Origin: Pseudomonadota bacterium
GTDB taxonomy: Bacteria > UBA10199 > 2-02-FULL-44-16 > JAAZCA01
Length of the DNA stretch: 18,933 bases
Direction: 5' to 3'
NCBI GenBank assembly: GCA_043822785.1
Contig: JBDRBN010000042.1
Span: 1-18,933, forward strand
The notes beneath the pieces were generated by a model. That model made no database searches. It was not told the origin of the DNA and saw only the letters and a list, made by a program, of their open reading frames with translations. This document shows, in pieces, positions 7,371-14,968 of the stretch (positions are counted from its first letter, which is position 1; every line of letters starts with the position of its first letter). A program made the position numbers and the translations under genes.

Positions 7371-8207
7371 TCATTGCGAGCTGACAGCACCTGTGTTGCG
7401 ATGAAGTAACCTGCGTTCCTGCAGGGCTGCCACAATCTCCGCTGTCAAAAGCATAAGAACTGAAAGATAATAGATCCACACTACAAAAAGCACTGCTGCG
7501 GTGAATGATCCATAGATGATGTTATAACGCTGCATAGAAAAAGACATGTATGAGCTAAATAGAAACTTGGCCACGCCAATACTTACCGAAAACAACACGC
7601 CTCCTATCAGCGCATAGCGAATAAACACTTTTCTGTTAGGAACGACAACCACGAGCATGAGATAAGAAAGAAATGCCACCAGGAAAAAGTAAAACTTGCC
7701 AGTCATAAGATCTGAAAGAGGAAAATCAAAACCATAGCGCATAAGCAAACCTTCCAACACTCCGACCATAGTCGGCATAGAAAATAAAAGCGTGATCCAA
7801 AATATGAGTGCAATTCCCAGCATGCGCGAGTGAAAGAAGTTTCTGCGCGTGGGCGTGCTGAACACAACATCGAGCGCGCGCTCTACAGAGGCCACGAGAA
7901 TGGTGGATATGAATACAAGAAATAATATTCCGTAAATTCCGAGTGAAGCACGCTGATCGAGTATGGACTGCAGATTGGCAACAAAAACATCCCTGCCTAC
8001 AGGAAGCACATCTGTGGCAACTTCCACAATTCTCTGAAATGCCTCTTGAGAGGCACCAAGGAAGTAGCCCGCAATTGAAACCATGAGAAGGCCAATGGGG
8101 ATGACGGCCAGGAGCGCATAAAAGGAGATGTTGGCCGCATAGTTAAAACAGTCGTCCTTAAAAAAGGATTTTATGATGCGTCCTATAAATCTTGCAATCC
8201 CCCGCAT
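7371..8207 (-). CDS. YihY/virulence factor BrkB family inner membrane protein
   Basis: 278 aa with AANISFYALLAVIP, about 6 TM segments, YNIIYGSF..VLFVVWIYY and AEI. GGAG RBS. Confidence 0.93.
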   Translation of the reverse strand: MRGIARFIGRIIKSFFKDDCFNYAANISFYALLAVIPIGLLMVSIAGYFLGASQEAFQRIVEVATDVLPVGRDVFVANLQSILDQRASLGIYGILFLVFISTILVASVERALDVVFSTPTRRNFFHSRMLGIALIFWITLLFSMPTMVGVLEGLLMRYGFDFPLSDLMTGKFYFFLVAFLSYLMLVVVVPNRKVFIRYALIGGVLFSVSIGVAKFLFSSYMSFSMQRYNIIYGSFTAAVLFVVWIYYLSVLMLLTAEIVAALQERRLLHRNTGAVSSQ

Positions 8208-8234
8208 AAATAATACTCCGTATTTAGTATCTTA

Positions 8235-8270
8235 CGTTGCTTGCGTTTCTCGCGTTGCTGGCGTGTCTCG
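8235..8270. repeat. 9-mer tandem repeat, 4 units
   Basis: CGTTGCTTG CGTTTCTCG CGTTGCTGG CGTGTCTCG; three units are identical to units at 3051-3086. Confidence 0.85.
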
Positions 8271-8276
8271 CTTTAT

Positions 8277-9578
8277 TTACTTTCTCTTGCACACGATGCG
8301 CACTGGAGCACCCTTAGCGCCTATAGCCTGCTTTAGCTTGTTTATTAGATATCGTCTGTAAGTATAAGGCACAGCTGCGGGAAAATTTGAAAACAGAACA
8401 AACGTAGGAGGATGTGTGCCTATTTGTGTAGCGTATTTTATTTGCACCTGCTTGCCCTTGTGTACAGGAAGATGATGCCTACTCAATGCCTGCTCAAGTA
8501 TTCTGTTTAACTGCGAAGTAGTTATGGTAGCTGAAAGCGCCTGCTCCATTTGATCAAGATGCTCAAAGATATCAAGGCAATTTAAACCGGTCTTGGCAGA
8601 TATAGCAAATATGGGCACATCGCTCATCTGGCCGAGCGCATGCTCAACATCTTTTTTGTATTCATTCCACTTTGACTGGACCATATCCCACTTATTGACC
8701 AGTAGTATGAGGCCCTTTCCTTGCTCTAGTACAAAACCCGTAAGGTTGAGGTCTTGTTTGGTAATGCCCTCTGTAGCATCGACGAGCTGTAACACAACAG
8801 ATGCGCGATCAATAGTGCGCAAGCTGCGCATTGCTGTAAACTTCTCAAGCCTCTCAGAGATGCCCCACCCGCGCTTAACACCCGCAGTATCTATGAACGT
8901 GTAAGTGCAGCCATTAAATTCAACCTCAACATCTATGGCATCTCTGGTCGTTCCAGCTTTTTCATGCACCACAACGCGGTTTGACCCTGCGAGCGTATTG
9001 ATGAGCGTGGATTTTCCTACATTTGGTCTGCCTGCTACTGCAATTGTATTTGGCTTTTCATCGACAGAACCCAGCACCTGGGCCTCTGGAATGAGTTTGA
9101 GAAGCTTATCGAGCATGTCGTCCACGCCACGACCATGTTCTGCAGATATTGCGAACAGTTCTTTCACTCCCATCTCATGGTATGTAGCAAGGCTTGTTTC
9201 ATGAATCTCTTCGTCAACCTTGTTCACGGCAAAGATGACAGGTTTGGATATCTTGCGAAGCATATGCACCACATCTTTGTCAGATGGATTTGGATCGAGC
9301 TGGCCGTCAAACAGGCAGATCACAGCATCGGCCTCTTCAATTGCATTCATGCTCTGCGCACTTATGGCGTGCTCAAGATCCGCTGCAGGATCAAGATCCA
9401 GCCCACCAGTATCGACAACTATGAACTCCTTGCCCAGCCACTCGGCCGGAGCATAATGTCTATCGCGCGTTACACCTGGCACGTCAGCCACAATAGCTCG
9501 CCTGTGCCCAACCACCCGGTTGAAGAGGCGGGATTTGCCCACGTTTGGGCGGCCCACTATGGCGACTATGGGTTTCAT
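8277..9578 (-). CDS. der: Ribosome biogenesis GTPase Der (EngA)
   Basis: Two GRPNVGKS P-loops, DTGG/DTAG, NKVD/NKWD and a C-terminal KH-like PPTFVLF. ATG at 9578 follows GGGGAGG. Confidence 0.98.
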   Translation of the reverse strand: MKPIVAIVGRPNVGKSRLFNRVVGHRRAIVADVPGVTRDRHYAPAEWLGKEFIVVDTGGLDLDPAADLEHAISAQSMNAIEEADAVICLFDGQLDPNPSDKDVVHMLRKISKPVIFAVNKVDEEIHETSLATYHEMGVKELFAISAEHGRGVDDMLDKLLKLIPEAQVLGSVDEKPNTIAVAGRPNVGKSTLINTLAGSNRVVVHEKAGTTRDAIDVEVEFNGCTYTFIDTAGVKRGWGISERLEKFTAMRSLRTIDRASVVLQLVDATEGITKQDLNLTGFVLEQGKGLILLVNKWDMVQSKWNEYKKDVEHALGQMSDVPIFAISAKTGLNCLDIFEHLDQMEQALSATITTSQLNRILEQALSRHHLPVHKGKQVQIKYATQIGTHPPTFVLFSNFPAAVPYTYRRYLINKLKQAIGAKGAPVRIVCKRK

Positions 9579-9633
9579 GGCTGCCTCCCCTAACATATAT
9601 GTATGCAATAATACAAGGATTTCTCTAAGAAAC

Positions 9634-9663
9634 CCGCGTCCGCTTCCGAGCCCGCATCCGTGT
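9634..9663. repeat. CCGNNY hexamer tandem repeat, 5 units
   Basis: CCGCGT CCGCTT CCGAGC CCGCAT CCGTGT. Confidence 0.6.
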
Positions 9664-9703
9664 CAGTAAATAATGCGAAACAAACAGATATTGGAAATTA
9701 GCC

Positions 9704-9739
9704 GCCCGCCTTCGCTCACATAAGTGAGCTACGGCGGGC
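9704..9739. repeat. Short palindromic element with a 3x3 internal loop
   Basis: GCCCGCC-TTC-GCTCAC-ATAA-GTGAGC-TAC-GGCGGGC. Confidence 0.8.
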
Positions 9740-9743
9740 CTAC

Positions 9744-9793
9744 AAAAATCAAGGCTTTGCGATGAACGCCGTTCACCGCAAAGCCTGATTTTT
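9744..9793 (-). terminator. Hairpin, probable intrinsic terminator directly 3' of tRNA-Met
   Basis: AAAAATC-A-AGGCTTTGCG-A-TGAAC-GCC-GTTCA-C-CGCAAAGCCT-GATTTTT. Confidence 0.7.
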
Positions 9794-9794
9794 G

Positions 9795-9868
9795 TGGCGG
9801 AGGGCGGGATCGAACCGCCGACCTAGGGGTTATGAATCCCTCGCTCTCACCAACTGAGCTACCCCGCC
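9795..9868 (-). tRNA. tRNA-Met (CAT), most likely elongator; CCA not encoded
   Basis: GGCGGGG TA GCTC AGTTGGTGA GAGC G AGGGA TTCATAA CCCCT AGGTC GGCGG TTCGATC CCGCC CTCCGCC A. The paired G1-C72 argues against initiator, and G2-C71/C3-G70 fit Met rather than Ile2. Confidence 0.93.
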
Positions 9869-9921
9869 AATCCCCCAAAGATTGTTGGGGGACGTAGTTC
9901 GTTATTCGTAAAAACGGGCGC

Positions 9922-9949
9922 ATTTTGCATGAATGGCGCTTTTGTGCAA
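9922..9949 (-). promoter_or_regulatory. Possible promoter for the tRNA with a GC-rich discriminator
   Basis: TTGCAC, 16 nt, CAAAAT, then GCGCCC; an imperfect consensus match. Confidence 0.4.
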
Positions 9950-9961
9950 GTTTTTTGGGAT

Positions 9962-11077
9962 TCAGTTAATGTCATACGCCAGTATAATGGCCTGCAAGGG
10001 GCTTTCAAAGGCGCTGATGTTATTCTGCAGCAAAACAATAAGCTGCCTCCGCTCGCCCTCTTCGTTGCTTGCGTGTCTCGCTATAATATAATCCACCACA
10101 TACCCTGAAAGCTTTTGCGTGTTCATCTGCTCTACAAACGTAAGCGCCGGATCCGGTCTGTATTCCACAATCCGGCTTTCCTTAACATGGCCGTGCCTGC
10201 CAATCATGCCCTTAAGCGAGAAATTATAGTGCGCTACAAAGAGATGAACTCCGTCTGGGTGAGATAGCGTCAGGGGCGGCATGTCAAAGTAAGCCACATC
10301 ACTTGCAATCTCATCAAGCGCAGGCCTTTGCACCGCATACAGATAATTTGCGCTTCCGCCAAATTTTTCAGCAGAGCGCCAAACCCTGCGCCACTTGTTG
10401 CCTTTAACGTGCTGTTTTACCTCAAGCCGCTCCTCTCCCTTGAGCAGGGCAACAGCTGGCATATCATCTATGGGCGGTAAGAATGTAAATTCATAGAGTT
10501 TGGTGCGGGCAGGTAACTTAAGCTTTTCAGCTTTCTTTAGTTTTTTGTTTTTCAGGGCTATCTCATAGATGGGACCAATAAAGTATTGCTGTGTGCTCCA
10601 GCCCTGACCTATGAGCTTTTTTTGCGAAGAGTCGGGCTCGGTTATCACGCGCAATGACCAGCGCGCGCGGGATATGATCTGCTCGCAGCCATCCTTGCTA
10701 ATCTTTAAAGCAAGCGATGCTGGCAAGCCATCTTCCACTGCTGTTATCACTGCATCGTCTTGCCCATCTTCATCAAGATCATACAGATAAAGCTTTGCAG
10801 CCTTTGCCGCCCCTTTCCATCCGCACGTAAAGCTCTCTTCAAAGCTCTTATCATTAATATAGCCCACCATGATGCGTTGCCTCTCGAGAAGTACTGTTTC
10901 AACCCGGCCATCATTATCAATGTCAGATTGCGCAATACCCCAGAACTCCCCATCGATTCTTTTGCTCGCCCAGGTATAGGAAGAGCCGGTTTCTTGGGCA
11001 TATGCGCCCGCCGAAAAGAGCAACGTTGCAACAAGGCATAAGGCTGTGGCATGAAGTATTCTTATGAAGATAACCAT
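9962..11077 (-). CDS. Exported protein with FG-GAP/VCBS-like DxDxDG motifs
   Basis: Signal peptide MVIFIRILHATALCLVATLLFSAGAYA with an AxA cleavage site; motifs SDIDNDGRVE and YDLDEDGQDD; beta-rich. Confidence 0.8.
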   Translation of the reverse strand: MVIFIRILHATALCLVATLLFSAGAYAQETGSSYTWASKRIDGEFWGIAQSDIDNDGRVETVLLERQRIMVGYINDKSFEESFTCGWKGAAKAAKLYLYDLDEDGQDDAVITAVEDGLPASLALKISKDGCEQIISRARWSLRVITEPDSSQKKLIGQGWSTQQYFIGPIYEIALKNKKLKKAEKLKLPARTKLYEFTFLPPIDDMPAVALLKGEERLEVKQHVKGNKWRRVWRSAEKFGGSANYLYAVQRPALDEIASDVAYFDMPPLTLSHPDGVHLFVAHYNFSLKGMIGRHGHVKESRIVEYRPDPALTFVEQMNTQKLSGYVVDYIIARHASNEEGERRQLIVLLQNNISAFESPLQAIILAYDIN

Positions 11078-11564
11078 AATGAAAGCCGATATCACAACGC
11101 TTAAGGTGGATGCAATCGTCAATGCTGCAAACTCGCTGGGCTATTTGGGCGGCGGCGTTGCCGGCGCCATAAAGCGCAAGGGCGGCAAGATGATAGAGGA
11201 CGAGGCAATTGAAAAAGCTCCAACGCCGGTGGGCATGGCCTGCGCAACCACTGCGGGCAACCTTCCTGCTGGAGCTGTAATTCACGCGCCCACCATGGAA
11301 GAGCCGGCATGCCCCTCGAGCAAACAGAACGTATCAGCAGCCACCATGGCAGCGCTTATGCTTGCACGCGATTTGGGATATCGCCGCGTGGCCATCCCTG
11401 GCATGGGCACAGGAGTTGGCGGCGTCTCACATCATGATGCTGCGCATGCAATCGTGCATGCGATCCACGCCTTTGACAAATCCGAATTCGACGAGATCAT
11501 CCTCGCCGACATCAACGATGAGATGATTCAAGCTTTTAAGGAAGCAATGCAGGAAGAAAGATAG
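11064..11564 (+). CDS. Macro domain (ADP-ribose binding/hydrolase, Appr-1-p family) protein
   Basis: 166 aa with DITTLKVDAIVNAANS, GGGVAGAI, VIHAPTM and AIPGMGTGVGG. Confidence 0.96.
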   Translation: MKITIMKADITTLKVDAIVNAANSLGYLGGGVAGAIKRKGGKMIEDEAIEKAPTPVGMACATTAGNLPAGAVIHAPTMEEPACPSSKQNVSAATMAALMLARDLGYRRVAIPGMGTGVGGVSHHDAAHAIVHAIHAFDKSEFDEIILADINDEMIQAFKEAMQEER

Positions 11565-11583
11565 CGCCTGAGGGAACTCACCG

Positions 11584-11755
11584 GTATGTGCAATATTTGC
11601 AGTGGACTTCGGGTCCTGTCGCCGGGTTTTCCCCCAATTTCGGCATCGGCTGAGTTAGCATCTTGCTTATAGTCGACTTTATCACAGCCTGCTGGCGAAA
11701 TCGGGGGTCCCCCTACCCGGCACCACCCAAAGCCCACTGCAAATATTGCACATAC
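11584..11755 (-). repeat. 172-nt long foldback (MITE-like element or structured RNA)
   Basis: Perfect 22-bp inverted repeat at 11584-11605 / 11734-11755 plus nested inner helices. Confidence 0.8.
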
Positions 11756-11840
11756 AAACAGCTCGATTTTTATGGCGCTCAAAAGTGACCCTCACCCTCT
11801 GAATATTAAATTTCCATATGCGAACTGTTCGTCTTGACTG

Positions 11841-12094
11841 CTGTTTAGGAGCGGGTGGGTCAATTTGCGATATCGCGGAGAGAGCCGATTTTGTCGGCGA
11901 ATGTTTGCCGGTCGTGCCTTGCTAGAACCCTGTGTTGCACGACGCCGACGGATGTTTGAGCCCCGACGGAGCCAAACATTGTTAAAGGCATGAAGGCGTA
12001 GTCGGGGCGAGTTCCGTCGGCGAGGCAAACTGAGTCCGATACAAAATCGTGCGAGCGCAGCGTCTAGCAAATCGATCCGCCCGCTTCTGCACAG
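11841..12094 (+). other. 254-nt multibranched structured element (repeat or ncRNA, family not recognised)
   Basis: Closing stem 11841-11868 / 12067-12094 plus five inner helices of 7-9 bp. Confidence 0.7.
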
Positions 12095-12124
12095 AGGCGT
12101 TAGAACCAAAATCAACACCCCCAG

Positions 12125-13235
12125 CTAATTAGTAGAGGTGCTAGCTTCCTGCAGAAGGAATTTGCGGATGAATTCGTCGATATCGCCGTCGAGCACTGCA
12201 TCCACGTTTCCCATCTCAACATTTGTGCGATGATCCTTTACCATCCTGTACGGCTGAAGCACGTATGAACGTATCTGGCTTCCCCACTCGATGCGCTTTT
12301 TGCCCGCTTCCATGGCATCCTGCTCTGCACGCCTCTTTTCCATCTCCGCTTCATATAGCTTTGCACGCAAAAGCTTCATCGCGCCTGCCCTGTTCTTGTG
12401 CTGGCTTCTGTCGCTTCTGCAGACTGCAACGATCCCGGTGGGTAAGTGAGTCATGCGCACAGCAGAGTCGGTTTTGTTCACATGCTGGCCGCCAGCGCCC
12501 CCTGCGCGAAAGGTGTCTACGCGTAGGTCATCCTCTTTTATATCGATTTCAATATCATCAGAGATCTCAGGAATTACAAACACGGATGTAAACGATGTAT
12601 GTCTACGCTTGTTGGCATCAAACGGTGAAATGCGCACTAACCTGTGTACTCCGTTCTCTGCCTTAAGATACCCATAGGCGTACTCACCATCTATAGTAAT
12701 GGTCACGCTCTTATAACCCGCACCCTCGCCTGGCGTGAAATCTACGATCTCATGGGAAAAACCTTTGGAATCAGCCCATCGCTCATACATGCGAAGCAAC
12801 ATGCCAGCCCAGTCGCACGCCTCAGTTCCGCCAGCACCAGCATTTATGGTAAGGATGGCGCTATTGCGATCGTTTTCGCCTGAGAGCATTCGTTCGAACT
12901 CTAGCTCATCAAGCGCTTTTTCCACTTTAGCAAGATCCGCCTGCGCCTCTTTAACTAGATCCGCAGCATCCTCCTCGCCTGCGAGCTCCAATACAGCCTG
13001 CGCATCAGCAAGAGATTTCTCAAGCTCGCTAGCTCGATCGATCATGGCAACAAGACCATCGCGCTCTTTGGTGAGCCCACCTGCTCTTTTGGAATCGTTC
13101 CAGAAATCCTGCGCACTGGAAAGCTCATCTATCTCTTCAACCCTTTTTTGCTTTGTATACAGGTCAAAGATGCCTCCGTAGCTCTAAAAACTTTTGCTGT
13201 GCCTGATCCAAACGTTCCTTTAATTCCTTGCTCAT
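12125..13235 (-). CDS. prfB: Peptide chain release factor 2, programmed +1 frameshift (13235-13167 joined to 13165-12125, about 369 aa)
   Basis: SPF and GGQ motifs. The first frame MSKELKERLDQAQQKFLELRRHL ends in CTT TGA C. The ATG overlaps the lnt stop (ATGA). Confidence 0.98.
13163..13177 (-). promoter_or_regulatory. prfB autoregulatory frameshift cassette
   Basis: GGAGG-CAT-CTT-TGA-C: internal SD 3 nt before the slippery CTT TGA C. Confidence 0.96.
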
Positions 13236-14797
13236 CTCGCTCTCCTATATTTCATCACGAACGCAACTATTATTCCAACAGCCATATATGCGACACACGC
13301 CCAAGCAAACCAATCTCCTAGTCTTGTATAAAGCGTTGTCTCTTTGATAAGCCTGATTGGTGCCACGATCAGCGCATCCTCAAACAAGCCTGATTCCATC
13401 TCAATCTTCCCGTTAGGGGCAATCACTGCAGACACTCCAGTGTTGGTGGATCTCACCACATACCGCCTGTTCTCAACCGCGCGAAAAACTGCAAGAGCCA
13501 TGTGCTGATACGGCGCTGAAGACACGCCATACCAGGCATCGTTTGTGATGTTAGCCAAAAACTGCGCGCCGCTCTTTGCCATCTTGCGAGAGATCTCGGG
13601 AAAAATATCCTCATAGCATATGAGTGGCCCTATCTTGGCACCTGCAGCAACGATGGGATCGAAAGAGGAGCCTGCGATGAAGCTGCCTACAGGCTCTGCA
13701 AGCTTTCGCGCAAAGAAGAACACTTTTTCATAGGGAACGTATTCGCCAAACGGCACAAGGTGCACCTTATGATATAGGTTCTTTCTTTTTCCTTTGGCAT
13801 CAAAGACAACAGCACTGTTATGATACTCGCCATCAGGCCTCTTTGTGAGAACTCCGAACATCACATGAGGCATCTCACTTAGCTCCTCCTCATCGAAACC
13901 CAAAGCCCTGGGATCGATGTCGGTCTCATCCGTGCTCATCGTCCACGGAAAAGAAGCTTCAGGCCAGATGATGAGATCCACCGCCGCGTCGCGCAGTTTG
14001 CGCGTTGCCTTTCGATATTTGTGAAGATTTTGGGCCATCTTTTCTTCAGCCCACTTCTCATCCTGCGGTATATTCCCCTGAATCAACCCCACTTTGACGA
14101 TGCCTTCTGTATTTTCTGTCGTAATCTCTTGATTGAGCCGAATCGCCCCATACACGATAGTTACAGTAACTAAAACAACTGTGGTCGCGACCTTAGGAAT
14201 TAACATACTCACGTGCTCGCCGCGAATTCTCAGTATGATCTCAGCTATCATGACGTTGACCCAGACTATAAGGAACATAAGGCCATACACACCCACAACA
14301 TCTGTGATCTGAATGATGTGAAGGTTTGACCACTGGGACATTGCAATGTTCGACCAGGGAAAACCATTGCACGGAAAATAGTTTCTGCAGAACTCAAACG
14401 CCACCCAACATACAGGAAGCAGCGCTATGAACTCACCACGCCAGCGCGACTGTATAAACCTGGCAAAAAACGAAGCCAGCGCCATGTATATGGCGAGTAT
14501 CACAACCAATAGTATGAGCACGAGCACACTAAGAAGCGACGACATGCCGCCATATGTATTCATCGCACGGTAGATCCAGTAAAGCGAGCCGGCATAAGCT
14601 ATGAGCCCTGCTATGAATGTGAGAAAAAATGCGCGCCTTGGCACCTGATTTCTCATCACAAGTATCAAAGGAACGAGCGCAATCCAAGCAAGCCAACCCA
14701 AATCGGGCGCATACCAGCCGAAGAAAATTGTAGGGAATGAAAAGCAAACCAGCACACCGCTAAATACTGCGCACAAAATTTGATATAAGTTCTTCAT
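13232..14797 (-). CDS. lnt: Apolipoprotein N-acyltransferase
   Basis: GFPW, QGNIPQ and the catalytic triad WPE / KVHLVPFGEY / ICYE, plus TNDAWYG and NTGVSA. ATG at 14797 follows GGGGGA. Confidence 0.97.
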   Translation of the reverse strand: MKNLYQILCAVFSGVLVCFSFPTIFFGWYAPDLGWLAWIALVPLILVMRNQVPRRAFFLTFIAGLIAYAGSLYWIYRAMNTYGGMSSLLSVLVLILLVVILAIYMALASFFARFIQSRWRGEFIALLPVCWVAFEFCRNYFPCNGFPWSNIAMSQWSNLHIIQITDVVGVYGLMFLIVWVNVMIAEIILRIRGEHVSMLIPKVATTVVLVTVTIVYGAIRLNQEITTENTEGIVKVGLIQGNIPQDEKWAEEKMAQNLHKYRKATRKLRDAAVDLIIWPEASFPWTMSTDETDIDPRALGFDEEELSEMPHVMFGVLTKRPDGEYHNSAVVFDAKGKRKNLYHKVHLVPFGEYVPYEKVFFFARKLAEPVGSFIAGSSFDPIVAAGAKIGPLICYEDIFPEISRKMAKSGAQFLANITNDAWYGVSSAPYQHMALAVFRAVENRRYVVRSTNTGVSAVIAPNGKIEMESGLFEDALIVAPIRLIKETTLYTRLGDWFAWACVAYMAVGIIVAFVMKYRRAR

Positions 14798-14817
14798 GAA
14801 AAAATCCCCCAATTTTA

Positions 14818-14964
14818 AAATTCCAAGCACCAAGCACCAAATTTCAAACAAGCTCCAAATTCCAAGCATCAAATTCCAAACTCAGTATAGCTAGGTGTTG
14901 TTTTGGTCATTGGACTTTGGAAATTGGAATTTATTTGGAATTTGGATTTTGGAGCTTGGAGTTT
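14818..14964. repeat. Long inverted heptamer-tract repeat between ybeY and lnt
   Basis: The left arm of CAAATTC/CAAGCAC units (14818-14881) is mirrored by a right arm of GAATTTG/GAGCTTG units (14900-14964). Confidence 0.9.
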
Positions 14965-14968
14965 CATT

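Noticed and set aside
12097..12106. GCGTTAGAAC matching part of the MITE TIR
   Set aside because: Only 10 bp with no partner end, compatible with chance.
11528..12118. Minus-strand ORFs of 84 aa (11528-11782) and 108 aa (11792-12118)
   Set aside because: They run through the two foldback structures, have atypical composition and show no recognisable family.
11760..12122. Possible tmRNA on the minus strand (starts GGGGGTG, similar length)
   Set aside because: No T-arm or complementary acceptor 3' end with CCA, and no tag peptide ending in Ala-Ala that I can find.
14798..14872. N-terminal extension of lnt (MMLGIWSLFEIWCLVLGI)
   Set aside because: It is a translation of the heptamer tract; ATG 14797 has its own SD.
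3051..14964. CRISPR array
   Set aside because: The repeats are 6-9-nt tandem units or palindromes without 23-47-nt repeats separated by unique spacers, and there are no cas genes.
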